64,000 nt of DNA from Acidobacteriaceae bacterium (GCA_965218895.1 CBDCMI010000007.1:136025-200024); one strand, 5' to 3'. Numbered from the stretch's first letter, positions 8,641-19,271 are shown. Numbers and translations: made by a program. Notes: generated by a model from the sequence alone, not told the origin.

Positions 8641-9660
8641 CTACTTGTCCTCGAAGACTGCCGATTCGTCAGGCACGGCTGCAGCATAGCTGTTGTAGCC
8701 ATAGTAATCATCACTTCCTTTCAATGCCGCGGCGCCGTTGAGAACGACGCCAAGCAGGTGAGCACTCTTCAACTCAGCCTGCGTCCGCTGGAGATTCCCG
8801 TACTCTGTTACACCGCTGCGGGCTACGAGTAGAACTCCATCACAGCTCCGCGAAAGGTTCACGGCATCCGAAACAGGTAGAACCGGTGACGTGTCAATTA
8901 CGATCCAATCGAAAATTGGTGCAACCGCTTGCAGTAGTTGGCTCCAACGGTGATTATTGGAAAGATCCGCAGCGTTGTCCCCACCATTTCCGCCCGAAAT
9001 AACCGTAAGTGCAGGAAGGCGCGCCGTCACTCCCTGCACCATCCCGGTCGACCGTGCAGTGTCGGGTCGTTGCAGAACATCAGCTATGCGCGCTCGCCCA
9101 GCGAGAAAATCCGCCAAGCCTGGCTCGGCCTTGCAGCCCAGCATTTTGTGCACCGTGTACCGGCGCATGTCTCCATCGATGAGCAGAACTCTTGCATGTC
9201 GGTTGCGGGCCAGCGAAATCGCGAGGTTACTCGAGATAAAGCTCTTTCCCTCCTGCGGCAGGCCGCTCGTCACCAGGATCGTCTTGAGTGGACGTTTATC
9301 TCGTAGTTCATGGAGGCGGGACCTAAGACTCCGAAACTGCTCAACGCTGGGCCCCCGATCGAGCAGTGATGGCAAGCGGTCAAATGCAGGCGTCCACACC
9401 ATCTCCGGGACACCCTCGAGATCAATGTCGCTTTCCACACGCGCCCTCTCGGACTCGCTATAACGCGACAAGGGTGGATCAACTGCAGCCGCCCGCTCTT
9501 CGGCGCGCGTGAATCGTCCTCCGGCCGACCGGTCCTTCGCCCTCTGGAGGTCTAACGAGATATCGCGCGTTCGAAGCGTACCGTTCTCGTCTGTTTTGGC
9601 AGCGGAGCCCGGTGCACGCTCCGTTTCGGCCTTCTGCAACGCTTCATAGATTCGACTCAT
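8641..9660 (-). CDS. BY-kinase (CpsD/CapB/Wzc C-terminal domain) tyrosine kinase
   Basis: MSRIYEAL, Walker A SGLPQEGKS, LLIDGDMR, IDTSP, C-terminal Tyr cluster DDYYGYNSY. Confidence 0.9.
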   Translation of the reverse strand: MSRIYEALQKAETERAPGSAAKTDENGTLRTRDISLDLQRAKDRSAGGRFTRAEERAAAVDPPLSRYSESERARVESDIDLEGVPEMVWTPAFDRLPSLLDRGPSVEQFRSLRSRLHELRDKRPLKTILVTSGLPQEGKSFISSNLAISLARNRHARVLLIDGDMRRYTVHKMLGCKAEPGLADFLAGRARIADVLQRPDTARSTGMVQGVTARLPALTVISGGNGGDNAADLSNNHRWSQLLQAVAPIFDWIVIDTSPVLPVSDAVNLSRSCDGVLLVARSGVTEYGNLQRTQAELKSAHLLGVVLNGAAALKGSDDYYGYNSYAAAVPDESAVFEDK

Positions 9661-10592
9661 CGATCGTGCCTTCCCGCACCCGCACTGTCGCCTAGGGTGC
9701 CGAACCCTGCATTTGCTCCGGTTACAACACTTCCAAACGGGGCCAGTTCACCAGCCATTCCGGAGGTCGCGACGACAAATGGCTGGCCCTCTAGCTCCAG
9801 GTCTAAGGCAACTGCCTCCACGATCTCCGGTCCTATCTGTTGTGTCTGCTCCACATAGGCCGAGATCAATGCATGCTCACACAGCAAGTTGATGACCCGC
9901 GGAATCCCCCGGCTATACCGATAGACTCGCTCCACGGCGTCCTCCAGGAAGATCGGACGCGTCGCTCCTGCAATGCGCAGCCGTTCGGTGACATATGCCT
10001 GTGTCTGAATCATTGTCAATGCCTGCGTTCGGCACCATAATGCAACCCTTTGCCTAAGTTGGCGCACACTCGGATGCCGAAGTTTCTCCTCCAGCTCGGG
10101 CTGGCCTGAGAGAACAATCTGCAGCAGCTTTTCCGACGAAGTCTCAAGATTGGTTAATAGCCGGATCTCTTCCAGCAGATCCCACGAAAGGTTCTGCGCC
10201 TCGTCCACGACGACAACGCAGGTCTCCTCTGCTCGGTAGCGCTCGATCAACCAGCGGTTCAACTGTAGCAGCATCCCGGACTTCGTACGCGTCGCCGGAA
10301 TGATGCCAAAGTCCGTCAGCACGAACTCCAGAAAATCCAGCACCTCCAAGCGTGGGTTGAAGACGAAGGCCGTAGAGATTCGGCGGTTCTGAAAGGAGGC
10401 CAGCGCCCGTCGAAGCAGCGTTGTCTTCCCTGTCCCCACCTCTCCCGTCAACACCGTGAAGCCCTTACGCGCCGATATTCCATACTCCAGGCAGGCAAGC
10501 GCCTCCCGCGTGTGCGGCATCATGTAAAGAAAACGCGGATCCGGGCTTGTTCCAAAGGGACTAAGCCGAAGTTCGAAGAAGTTGTTATACAT
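9657..10592 (-). CDS. ExeA-family AAA ATPase, PEP-CTERM locus-associated
   Basis: PFGTSPDPRFLY, GEVGTGKT, VVDEAQNL, GQPEL, GIPRVINLLC. Confidence 0.9.
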   Translation of the reverse strand: MYNNFFELRLSPFGTSPDPRFLYMMPHTREALACLEYGISARKGFTVLTGEVGTGKTTLLRRALASFQNRRISTAFVFNPRLEVLDFLEFVLTDFGIIPATRTKSGMLLQLNRWLIERYRAEETCVVVVDEAQNLSWDLLEEIRLLTNLETSSEKLLQIVLSGQPELEEKLRHPSVRQLRQRVALWCRTQALTMIQTQAYVTERLRIAGATRPIFLEDAVERVYRYSRGIPRVINLLCEHALISAYVEQTQQIGPEIVEAVALDLELEGQPFVVATSGMAGELAPFGSVVTGANAGFGTLGDSAGAGRHDR

Positions 10593-10595
10593 CCG

Positions 10596-12119
10596 CTATC
10601 TCCCCGGCGCCGCTAAAGGTGCCTTAAGCCCATCTTGTACCGGCTTGCTTTTTCCCTTGCGCCAGCGCTTCTGCGGTTTGGGCGCCCGCGCAGTCTCCAG
10701 CAGGGGGATCATGACAAGCGTCGGCAGCTTCGTGAAGGCCCAGACATCGCGGTCCGAACGGATTGAGGTGTCTCGGAACTCTAGATAGCCCGCGATGCCC
10801 GCCCCCAGCAACAGACCCAGAAGAAGCCCGCCTGCTGCAAAGACCGGTCGCTTGGGCGAGGTCGGCGCGTCCGGAAGGTTCGCCGCATCCATCACTTGGA
10901 ACTGCTCACCTTGTTGCCGGCTCTCCAGATCCCGCGCCATCTTGGATTCGTTCATCTTCTTGAGCAAATCGTCATAGAACTGCTGTGCCGTCTGGTAGTC
11001 CCGCGTCAGATTTTTATACTGCTCCTGAACCATTGGGCTCGCCGCGATCCGCCCCTGATAAAGTCCAATCTGGCCCTGCACCGCGGATTGATCTCTTTTA
11101 CGCTGAGCGATCGACATGTCCATGGCGCGCAGCTGCAGTCTCAGCTTCTGCATCTCGGGCGAGTCGGTATGTGCAACCGACGTTCCCGAAGAGCTTGTTG
11201 TCGCCGGAGATTGCGCCATCTGGTGCCGCAAGTCCCGGATTTTCCTGCGGACCGCAATCACATCGGGATAGCTGTCCGTGTACCGGGCCGTCAGGTCGGC
11301 TTCTTGCGCTAGTAGTTGCTGCAACTCCGACTGCTGCGCCTCCGGAGCCGCCCGTTGTACCTCGGGTGTTACGTTTTCGTGGCCAGCTTGCGCCAGCATC
11401 GCCTCCACGAGCGAACGATCCTGCTGCGTACGTTCGATTGCCTGCGTTGATGCCGTCAGCTGCGCGTTCAAGCTGTTCAGCATATTAATATTCCCATCTT
11501 CCTGCCCCGGAAGCTTGCCTACGTACTCCTGCTGAAACTTCGCCAGCTTAGCATCCTGCTCATCCAAACTCCGTTTCGCGTCGCTCAACTGGCTCTGCAG
11601 GAACTGTGTTGTTCCTTCCGTCTGCGCGGCGCGGTCACGCAGGTTCTCATTCACAAACATCGAGGTAATCTCTTCACACACCGCTTGCGCCGTCCGAGCG
11701 TCATTGGCCTTGAAGGAGATGAAAAAGCCGGGTACGCCGTGCGCCATCTCCGACTGAATTGGCTTGATGTCGATGTTCCGCCGCATCATTTCAATGCGAT
11801 CGTCCATGTTGGCGTGGTCGCCCGCGAACAGATTGAAACGCTCCAAGATCGGCTGCAGTCTGGAGCGGCTCAGAATCTGCTCCTTCATACTGGATAGCCG
11901 GCCGCTGATGTCTTCGGCGATTACAGGCTTCACATAGGTATCCGGCACCTTCTGCTGCTCTACCAGCACCAGAGTCTGCGAGACATACTGCGGTTGAACA
12001 AGATAGCTCGCAGCATAGGCGATCATGGGTAAAACGATGGCGGGAATCGCGAGAATCCACCAACGCTTCTTCAGAATCGTGAGATAGTCTTCCGGGGCTA
12101 GAGAGCGATGACCGAGCAT
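10596..12119 (-). CDS. Polysaccharide co-polymerase / chain-length determinant (Wzz/GumC/Wzc N-terminal domain)
   Basis: Two TM helices flanking a coiled coil; ILSRSRLQ, GEQFQVMDAANLPDAP. Confidence 0.88.
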   Translation of the reverse strand: MLGHRSLAPEDYLTILKKRWWILAIPAIVLPMIAYAASYLVQPQYVSQTLVLVEQQKVPDTYVKPVIAEDISGRLSSMKEQILSRSRLQPILERFNLFAGDHANMDDRIEMMRRNIDIKPIQSEMAHGVPGFFISFKANDARTAQAVCEEITSMFVNENLRDRAAQTEGTTQFLQSQLSDAKRSLDEQDAKLAKFQQEYVGKLPGQEDGNINMLNSLNAQLTASTQAIERTQQDRSLVEAMLAQAGHENVTPEVQRAAPEAQQSELQQLLAQEADLTARYTDSYPDVIAVRRKIRDLRHQMAQSPATTSSSGTSVAHTDSPEMQKLRLQLRAMDMSIAQRKRDQSAVQGQIGLYQGRIAASPMVQEQYKNLTRDYQTAQQFYDDLLKKMNESKMARDLESRQQGEQFQVMDAANLPDAPTSPKRPVFAAGGLLLGLLLGAGIAGYLEFRDTSIRSDRDVWAFTKLPTLVMIPLLETARAPKPQKRWRKGKSKPVQDGLKAPLAAPGR

Positions 12120-12129
12120 GGAAAAACCT

Positions 12130-13476
12130 CTAAAACTGACCTGGGATCAGGGATCTTGGGTAAAACGAAACACCAATAGCAAAACTCTGTAGTATGCCGT
12201 TCAGCGCGCCGGGAACCGTCGAACTAATCGCACCGAAGTCTGACTGATCCTGCGCGATCGCGGTGTAGGTCGCAAACGCCGAAAGCGAGCGTGTCAGACG
12301 TCGGTTCGCCTGTGCGCCTCCATACACACTGCTGAAGTTACCGTAATTCGCAAGCCCGAGAAACGAGAGATTTGGCGTCGACCCGTTCCCCAGTCCCTTG
12401 GTTCGGCTGTAACCCGCGTTGACCGCCGCCGACCAGTCTAGGCCGAAGCTGCGCGAGAACGCCCCAGACACACTGTCCGAGATGGCTCCGGGCAATACTC
12501 CCGAGCCGCCATTCGTCCCTCGACCATAGGAGACGGCGGCCGTCCCAAACCGTTTCGCGTAAGTCAGGCTAGCTCTCGCCGACGTGGTAAGACGCGATGG
12601 AATCCCGAGGTTTGCGGAACTGTTGATCCACTGTGGACCGACACTTCCGGCAATGCTCAATGAGGCCGACAGCTGCCGATGCCCCTGCACCGACAGTGAA
12701 CGCGTTTCGAATGTTGCATGGTCCCCGGCGTCATAGTTGAAGATGGAGTAATTAGCCCCGGCGCCGATCGATGTGCGCGCGTCCAGTTGATGGCTCACCG
12801 TCAGGTCAGCCGCAATCTGCCGCGTGTCCAGCGACGCATCATTAAAGAAGTGCAGCAGCGTATAGATAGCATCGCCACTCACCGACGTACGTCCCGTGAG
12901 CCGGCGCGTAGCCAATCCAGTCACCGTGTCGCTTACGCGAGTCGAGTTGTACGTCAGTACGTTCTGCGCGGGTCCGGTCGCAGTGGAAACTGGATTTAGT
13001 CCAAGATCGCCCGTACCAGGTATGCCCGAGAGCCCAACCGTCGGTGACTGCGGAAGGTAATTTACCGAGTTCGATACGAGAAATGTCCAGTCCCGCGTCA
13101 GGTAGCTCTGTGTGAGGGATAGACCCTGAAAAAACGTCGTTCCATACTCTGCCTGGTTCGAAAGCTCCACGCCTCCGCTGTACACCGCAGAGAAGGGATG
13201 AATCACGCTCTTGGTCGAATACGCCACATTGCCAGACAAATTCGTATTGTAGATCGTCCCGTTCGCGTACCCCCACTGCAAGACCTCCGAACCTGTGAGC
13301 CCATACCGGAACGTTCCCTCTGGCAACTCGTAGTTCAGCCCACCTGCCGTTGTCACTGGTGTTAGGATTTCGGGTGAAACGGCAGCGGGGTCCGCTTGCG
13401 CAAGAGCAATAGCCGAGCTGCCCAGCCATAAAGCGAGGGCGACATGCAGTGAGCGGGGATGTGTCGTTTGCTTCAT
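12130..13476 (-). CDS. Outer-membrane beta-barrel protein of the EPS/PEP-CTERM locus
   Basis: Signal peptide, alternating amphipathic beta strands, position between wza-like and wzz-like genes. Confidence 0.7.
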   Translation of the reverse strand: MKQTTHPRSLHVALALWLGSSAIALAQADPAAVSPEILTPVTTAGGLNYELPEGTFRYGLTGSEVLQWGYANGTIYNTNLSGNVAYSTKSVIHPFSAVYSGGVELSNQAEYGTTFFQGLSLTQSYLTRDWTFLVSNSVNYLPQSPTVGLSGIPGTGDLGLNPVSTATGPAQNVLTYNSTRVSDTVTGLATRRLTGRTSVSGDAIYTLLHFFNDASLDTRQIAADLTVSHQLDARTSIGAGANYSIFNYDAGDHATFETRSLSVQGHRQLSASLSIAGSVGPQWINSSANLGIPSRLTTSARASLTYAKRFGTAAVSYGRGTNGGSGVLPGAISDSVSGAFSRSFGLDWSAAVNAGYSRTKGLGNGSTPNLSFLGLANYGNFSSVYGGAQANRRLTRSLSAFATYTAIAQDQSDFGAISSTVPGALNGILQSFAIGVSFYPRSLIPGQF

Positions 13477-14153
13477 GGAACAACAATCGTGTCGCCAGGC
13501 TGCAAGATCGGGCTCTGTCGAGCATCGCCTTTCAGCGCCTGCTTGTAGTTAAACGGAATCTTCTGCTGCTTAGCCCCTGTCCCGCGAAGAATATAGATGT
13601 GCTTCACATTTGCGTACTGGCTGGGTCCACCAGCCGCGCTGATTGCCTGAAGCGGCGTCATCCCTGGCGTCATGCTGATCGGTCCTACCCGACCTACCTG
13701 TCCCACCATGAAGATACGTTGGCTTGTGTCCGCTGTCACCGCCACACTCACCACCGGGTCTTGAATAAACTTCTTCAGGCCGTCAGTAATGTCCCGGCTG
13801 AGCTGCGACGGTGTCTTTCCGGCCGCCTTGAGATCGCCGAGCAGAACCAGCGTGATCATCCCGTCCGGCCGGACGGGCAGCGGCCCCGACAGGGACGGTT
13901 CCCGCCAAACAGTTATCTGTAGCGTGTCGTCAGGACCGATCACATACTGTGCGTTGTCCACTACATTGCCCGCCGCGCCCACGTTCATATCTGCGGGCTT
14001 GACCGGCAAAGAGGTCTGCGTTGTCCCAGGCTTCGCTGCCGTCACCACCACCTGTCCTTGTAGGTGCCCACAGCTCACCAGCACCAGACTCAGTGCTACC
14101 CGAGTCGTTCCGTGTAACCGTCCCGCTCTCCCAATACCACACCTCAAAGCCAT
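13473..14153 (-). CDS. Polysaccharide export protein (Wza/EpsE-like)
   Basis: YVIGPDDTLQITVW, VRPDGMIT, SLBB motif LQAISAAGG, LQPGDTIVVP; start codon uncertain (14177 or 14153). Confidence 0.9.
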   Translation of the reverse strand: MALRCGIGRAGRLHGTTRVALSLVLVSCGHLQGQVVVTAAKPGTTQTSLPVKPADMNVGAAGNVVDNAQYVIGPDDTLQITVWREPSLSGPLPVRPDGMITLVLLGDLKAAGKTPSQLSRDITDGLKKFIQDPVVSVAVTADTSQRIFMVGQVGRVGPISMTPGMTPLQAISAAGGPSQYANVKHIYILRGTGAKQQKIPFNYKQALKGDARQSPILQPGDTIVVP

Positions 14154-14210
14154 TCCGCCCTCGCAGCCACATCGCATCGTCGTCAGACTGCAAATAACAC
14201 TGCAACTGCT

Positions 14211-14227
14211 TGCAACTTATAAGCCGA
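14211..14227 (-). promoter_or_regulatory. Putative sigma54 (-24/-12) promoter for the EPS export operon
   Basis: Minus strand TCGGCTTATAAGTTGCA = GG-N10-GC with TTGCA. Confidence 0.45.
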
Positions 14228-14440
14228 TCCATCACACAACCGACCGTGGCGCGCCAGTGGTGTATGAGCCCCGATCCCGAGTCAGTATAAGGCCCTCAAG
14301 GCATTGGCATACCGACGCGGCGCTACAACTTCCGTTTCGAATCTACTCGCATCAGGGTAAAAACTTTCCCAGCATCCGGAGTATACTTCCCACGAAACGC
14401 ACTTTGGCCATCATTCTTCCGTCAGTTCACAGACATTGCT

Positions 14441-14457
14441 ATGGGCCATCGATTGCT
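14441..14457 (+). promoter_or_regulatory. Possible sigma54 promoter for the exosortase operon
   Basis: ATGGGCCATCGATTGCT = GG-N10-GC with TTGCT; weak -24 match. Confidence 0.3.
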
Positions 14458-14489
14458 CGAAGTATCATTTGTTCCCTTGAGGTCTTTCC

Positions 14490-15464
14490 ATGTCGCAAGG
14501 CGCCCAGGTCGAGTCGCTTCCCCCCGTCTTCCCCGACCGCCAAAAGTCCGAGCCCCTGCAGGCATCCACGATCAACCAGGCTTACGGTTCAATCGCCGAG
14601 TCCCTGCCGTCATTGCAGTTGTTTTTTCGGCAGCGATCAACGCAGATCGGCGCTGCGATCCTCCTTGTCGTGCTCGGCCTTCTGTATTGGCGCATCCTCG
14701 GCAAACTCGTATATGACTGGGCCACGATCGGCGACGACTCCCACGGATTCCTCGTACCGTTCTTCTCCCTTTTTCTCCTTTGGGATAAACGCCGCAAGCT
14801 CGCTGCGCTTCCAATCCAGCAATCGTGGGCCGGTCTACCCTTTGTTGTTCTAGGCTGCGTCACGCTTCTTCTCGGCATCTACGGCGCCGAGCTTTTCCTC
14901 TCTCGGATCTCGCTGGTCTTCATTCTTGCCGGCATGGTTTGGACGCTCTGCGGTAGGGCAGTCTTCCGAGAAGTTCTCTTTCCTCTTGCCGTTCTCCTCC
15001 TTGCCATCCCGTTCCCCGCCATTGTCTTCAGCCAGATCACCTTTCCTCTCCAGCTCCTGGCCTCGCAACTCGCCAGCTCGCTTCTACCGCTGTTTGGCGT
15101 TCCCGTCCTCCGCGAAGGCAATGTCATCCAGCTTCCGGCCATGAAACTCGAAGTTGCCGAGGCCTGCAGCGGAATCCGCTCTCTCATGAGCCTCTTTACC
15201 CTATCTGTGTTCTACGGCTACTTTCTCGAGCGCACCACCGGTCGCCGTTGGCTTATGGCGCTGGCCAGCATCCCAATCGCCGTCGGCGCCAACGCCCTCC
15301 GCATCGTCGGTACCGGACTTTGTGTGCAGTACTGGGATCCCTCTAAGGGCGAAGGCTTCTTTCACGAGTTCTCAGGCTGGGTTATGTTCCTCATCTCCCT
15401 GTCCTTCCTGTATCTCCTCCATCGCGTGCTGCATCTCATCCGGCCCGCGGGAAAGCACGCATGA
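14490..15464 (+). CDS. Exosortase (EpsH/XrtA family)
   Basis: Multi-TM protein; SHGFLVP; catalytic Cys in EACSGIRS, Arg in NALRI, His in FFHEFSG. Confidence 0.93.
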   Translation: MSQGAQVESLPPVFPDRQKSEPLQASTINQAYGSIAESLPSLQLFFRQRSTQIGAAILLVVLGLLYWRILGKLVYDWATIGDDSHGFLVPFFSLFLLWDKRRKLAALPIQQSWAGLPFVVLGCVTLLLGIYGAELFLSRISLVFILAGMVWTLCGRAVFREVLFPLAVLLLAIPFPAIVFSQITFPLQLLASQLASSLLPLFGVPVLREGNVIQLPAMKLEVAEACSGIRSLMSLFTLSVFYGYFLERTTGRRWLMALASIPIAVGANALRIVGTGLCVQYWDPSKGEGFFHEFSGWVMFLISLSFLYLLHRVLHLIRPAGKHA

Positions 15465-16105
15465 GCCATCTCCGCTTCTGGGCCGTTCTCGCCGTACTCG
15501 CCGGAACCACCGGCGTCCTTTATGGCCGTGGCGACGTCGACAAAGTTCCCGTCAGCGAGCCCGTCGGGAGCATGCCTCGCACCATCGGAACCTGGGTTGG
15601 ACGCGATATTCCCATCGATCAATCCGTGCTCGACATCCTCGGCAAAGGCGACTTCGTCGAGCGCCTGTACAGCCAGAGGGACGCCTCCACTCCTCCGATC
15701 GACCTCTTCATCGGATACTTTCCTACCCAGCGAACCGGCCAGACGATACACTCCCCGCAACATTGCTTGCCCGGCGCTGGCTGGACCTTTGAGTCCTCCA
15801 GCTACACCGACATCCGGGCCGACAACGGAACCCCGTTTCACGTCGGGGAGTATGTCATCACCAACGGCGAAGCTCGCCAGTTTGTCCTGTACTGGTATCA
15901 GGCGCACGGACGCAGCATCGCCAACGAATACATATCCAAGTTCTACCTGATTGCGGATGCCATGCGGCTCAATCGTACCGACGGTGCCCTCGTTCGGGTC
16001 ATCACCCCCATCGCCGCCGGCGAGTCGACCGACTCCGCCCGTCGGCGAGCCGTTCGCTTTACTCAGCAGATGGCGCCGGAACTCCACCGCTTTATCCCCG
16101 CCTGA
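15461..16105 (+). CDS. epsI: Exosortase-associated EpsI-family protein
   Basis: IHSPQHCLPGAGW, VLYWYQ, RTDGALVRV; ATGA overlap with the exosortase gene. Confidence 0.9.
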   Translation: MSHLRFWAVLAVLAGTTGVLYGRGDVDKVPVSEPVGSMPRTIGTWVGRDIPIDQSVLDILGKGDFVERLYSQRDASTPPIDLFIGYFPTQRTGQTIHSPQHCLPGAGWTFESSSYTDIRADNGTPFHVGEYVITNGEARQFVLYWYQAHGRSIANEYISKFYLIADAMRLNRTDGALVRVITPIAAGESTDSARRRAVRFTQQMAPELHRFIPA

Positions 16106-16140
16106 GTCGTCCAGAACTCTCTTCCAGGAAGGATTTACTC

Positions 16141-18438
16141 GTGAGCAATACGCCTGTTACCGGGATCGGTCGCCAAACAGTCACCGGAACTTTGCTTCTC
16201 CTGCTCCTCGCGTCGGGGGGTTGCCACCGCGACCCCAACAAGCAGAAACAGAAGTACCTCGAAAGCGGAAAGCGTTACGCCGCGGAAGGCAGGAACAAGG
16301 AAGCCGCTATCCAGTTCTCAAACGCGCTTAAAGTCGATCGCAACTTCGCCGAAGCCCACTACCAGCTCGGCAACACGTACATCAAAATGGGCTCAATCCT
16401 ACCCGGGTATTCCGAACTCTCCCGTGCCGTTGCTCTCCAGCCCGCTAACGCCCAGGCCCGCATCGACCTCGGTAATCTCCTTCTTGCCGGCCACCAGACA
16501 GACCGTGCCGAGCAGCAGGCCCAGGCTGTCCTCGCTGCGAACCCGAACAATGCCGGCGCCCATGCTCTTCTGTCGAGCGTGGCGGCATCCAAGGGCGATC
16601 GCTCCGAAGCCGTCGATCAGATCAAGCAGGCCCTCGCTCTCAACCCTCAAAACGCCCAGTTTCACACCGCACTTGGCCTGCTGGATGCCACCGACCCAGC
16701 CGCCGCCCAAAGCTCCGCCGATCAGCTGCGCCAGGCCGTCTCGCTCGATAATAAAAATGTTCTGGCCCACTTGGCTCTAGGCAGTCTCCTCGAGAGGCAG
16801 GGCGACAAATCCGGAGCCCTCACCCAATACAAAGCGGCGATCGCGGGCGATCCCAGCAGCCTGCTCGCGCGCAACTCCCTCGCCGCCTTCTACCAGCGGC
16901 AGGGCGATACCGCCGAGGTTGAAGCGACCCTTCGACAAGCGACTGAAGACCTCTCCGAAGCGCCCGGCGGAGCAGAACTACTGCAGAACTACTACCTCCA
17001 CACTAACCAGATCGACAAGGGTCTGGACGTCTACAACCAGCTGGTCCATCAGCATCCGAAGAGCGTCGGCCTCCGCCTGGTCGACGCACGCTTTCTGCTC
17101 GCCACGCATCACCCCGACCAGGCGCGCGCCATCATCGCCGACCTTCTCAAATCCGACGGCTCAAACCCCGATGTAGCCGTCCTGAACGCGATTACGCAAC
17201 TCGAGGACAACAAGGTCAACGATGCCGTCGACGGCCTGCAGAAGGCTGCCAAGAATAACCCGGATAACGCCACCCTCCGGCTATGGCTCGGTCGCGCAGC
17301 CATTCGCAAGGGCGACCTCTCGCTCGCCCAGCAGAGCTTCAGCGATGCGCAAAAACTTAGCCCGAACAGCACGGAGGCCCGGGACGGGCTTGCCCAGGTT
17401 GCCATCCAGCGCCGTGATCCTGGGCTCCTTCACCAGGTTGCTGATAACGCCATCAAGGCTGCGCCGCAAAATGCCGTCGGGTATCTCTGGCGCGGAATGG
17501 CCGAAGCCGGGACAAACCCGGATGACGCCGATACGGATCTCCGACAGGCTCTTAAGCTGGATCCAAAGAACTGGGCTGCGTCGCTCGAACTCGGCGGGCT
17601 CGACCTCAGCCGGCATAAGGAGGCGGACGCGCGAACCCTTTTGCAGCAGACCCTGAGCGAGAATCCCAACTCCGATCGCGCCCTCGCTCTGCTCGCCGGC
17701 ATGGATCTGCAAGAGAAGCAACCACAGAAAGCGATCAGCCGCATCCAGGACCAAATCACGAAATCTCCTAACAACGCGAATATGTATGTGCAACTGTCAG
17801 AGATCCAGCTCAAGACGGGCGACAAAGACGCCGCGCTGGCAGCCGCGCAGAAGGCGCTTCAACTCAGCCCGTCGAACGCGTCTGCGGTAATGGCCTTCTC
17901 GCGCTCAGAACTGGCGCATGGTGATCCCCAATCCGCAATCACTGCCTGGCAGAACTACATCAAAGTCAGGCCTTCAGACGCTCAGGCCTACGCAGTCCTA
18001 GGCTCTCTTCAAGAGACACGCGGCGACAATCAGGCCGCGGCAGATTCGTATAAAAAAGCCCTGAGCATTCAGCCCGATCAGCCGGTAGCCAACAATAATC
18101 TGGCCTTTCTCATGATCCAAAGCGGACAGAACACCGACGTCGCCCTCTCCTACGCACAAGCTGCCCGCAGGGCTGCACCTAATGCCCCGACAACGGCAGA
18201 CACCCTCGGCTGGGTCTACTACGCCAAAGGAACCTATAGCTCCGCTCGTGACCTTCTCGAGCAGGCCGCACAGGCTGCCCCGAATGACGCGACCATCCAG
18301 TATCACCTTGGCATGACGTACAAAAAGCTCTCGGACGACGCCAATGCAACTACGCATCTCAAAAAAGCCATCGACCTCGCCCCCAACTCCGACACAGCTC
18401 GGGACGCACAGAAGGCCTTATCCGGTCAGACGAGCTAG
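16141..18438 (+). CDS. TPR-repeat protein (PrsT-like), probable lipoprotein
   Basis: LLASGGC, many TPR repeats, C-terminal ANNNLAF / DTLGWVY / YHLGM. Confidence 0.85.
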   Translation: MSNTPVTGIGRQTVTGTLLLLLLASGGCHRDPNKQKQKYLESGKRYAAEGRNKEAAIQFSNALKVDRNFAEAHYQLGNTYIKMGSILPGYSELSRAVALQPANAQARIDLGNLLLAGHQTDRAEQQAQAVLAANPNNAGAHALLSSVAASKGDRSEAVDQIKQALALNPQNAQFHTALGLLDATDPAAAQSSADQLRQAVSLDNKNVLAHLALGSLLERQGDKSGALTQYKAAIAGDPSSLLARNSLAAFYQRQGDTAEVEATLRQATEDLSEAPGGAELLQNYYLHTNQIDKGLDVYNQLVHQHPKSVGLRLVDARFLLATHHPDQARAIIADLLKSDGSNPDVAVLNAITQLEDNKVNDAVDGLQKAAKNNPDNATLRLWLGRAAIRKGDLSLAQQSFSDAQKLSPNSTEARDGLAQVAIQRRDPGLLHQVADNAIKAAPQNAVGYLWRGMAEAGTNPDDADTDLRQALKLDPKNWAASLELGGLDLSRHKEADARTLLQQTLSENPNSDRALALLAGMDLQEKQPQKAISRIQDQITKSPNNANMYVQLSEIQLKTGDKDAALAAAQKALQLSPSNASAVMAFSRSELAHGDPQSAITAWQNYIKVRPSDAQAYAVLGSLQETRGDNQAAADSYKKALSIQPDQPVANNNLAFLMIQSGQNTDVALSYAQAARRAAPNAPTTADTLGWVYYAKGTYSSARDLLEQAAQAAPNDATIQYHLGMTYKKLSDDANATTHLKKAIDLAPNSDTARDAQKALSGQTS

Positions 18439-18462
18439 CACTCAAACTGGTACCGACCAGAC

Positions 18463-18497
18463 AAAAGTCCCGGTGAGCTAATGCACCCTCACCGGGA
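18463..18497 (-). terminator. Rho-independent terminator between convergent genes
   Basis: TCCCGGTGAG...CTCACCGGGA 10-bp stem, short U-tract on the minus strand. Confidence 0.65.
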
Positions 18498-18514
18498 ACG
18501 CGCAAATGAAAGCT

Positions 18515-19180
18515 CTAGGCTCGCATGCGACGCAGCAGTGCGCCGGCAGACCCTACCAGGCCAGTGCCCAGGAGCAGCAGGCTGCTCGGCTCCGGTGTCG
18601 TGCTGACCGTGCCCGCGAAATCCAGTCCATTGTTGTAATCCGCCGTCTGATACAAGTCGAACTCGAGCACGTTAGTCCCATTCACAAAGTTGCTCGCCAC
18701 CAGACCCGCCGTGGCTACCTGCAGGCAATTCGGAGTTGAATCATTGCAGGTGTGATTGAATGCTGGGTCGCTCGCCGTGAAGATGGTGTTCCCATTCAGC
18801 TTTACCGTCATCGTGTCATCAGCCAACACCGACAAATTGCCATAAGCTTGACTGGTGAAACCTGTCTGGGTGAAGTAAGAAAAATAGGTGTACTCGCCAT
18901 TCGGCTCGTGATTCTGAGTTGCGCTGCCAGGACCGTCGTTCGCGTTCTGACCCACCCAGTACGACTGCGTTCCACCCGCGGCGACCGGCGCATGCCAGAT
19001 AGTTCCCGGGTCCAGATCGTACGCAGCAGAAGTTCCATAGGTGGTCGCTGTGTTCGAGAAGCCAGGGTTGGTTCCATTCCCCGTCCCAAAGCTACCGATC
19101 GTAAAAGTTGACGCCGAAGCTACGCCGGCACTAGCCAGCACAGCCACAACCAAAGCAGAAACTTCCTTCAGAATTGCCAT
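18515..19180 (-). CDS. PEP-CTERM sorting-domain protein
   Basis: ATG at 19180 with GGAGG RBS; signal peptide; C-terminal TPEPSSLLLLGTGLVGSAGALLRRMRA. Confidence 0.92.
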   Translation of the reverse strand: MAILKEVSALVVAVLASAGVASASTFTIGSFGTGNGTNPGFSNTATTYGTSAAYDLDPGTIWHAPVAAGGTQSYWVGQNANDGPGSATQNHEPNGEYTYFSYFTQTGFTSQAYGNLSVLADDTMTVKLNGNTIFTASDPAFNHTCNDSTPNCLQVATAGLVASNFVNGTNVLEFDLYQTADYNNGLDFAGTVSTTPEPSSLLLLGTGLVGSAGALLRRMRA

Positions 19181-19271
19181 ACGTCCTCCAGAATTCGCGG
19201 CGTACCGCGGCCATACGGCAAGTGACGAGCCCACCAGGGGTGGGTTTGGATTGCCGGTTGATGCGGTACTA

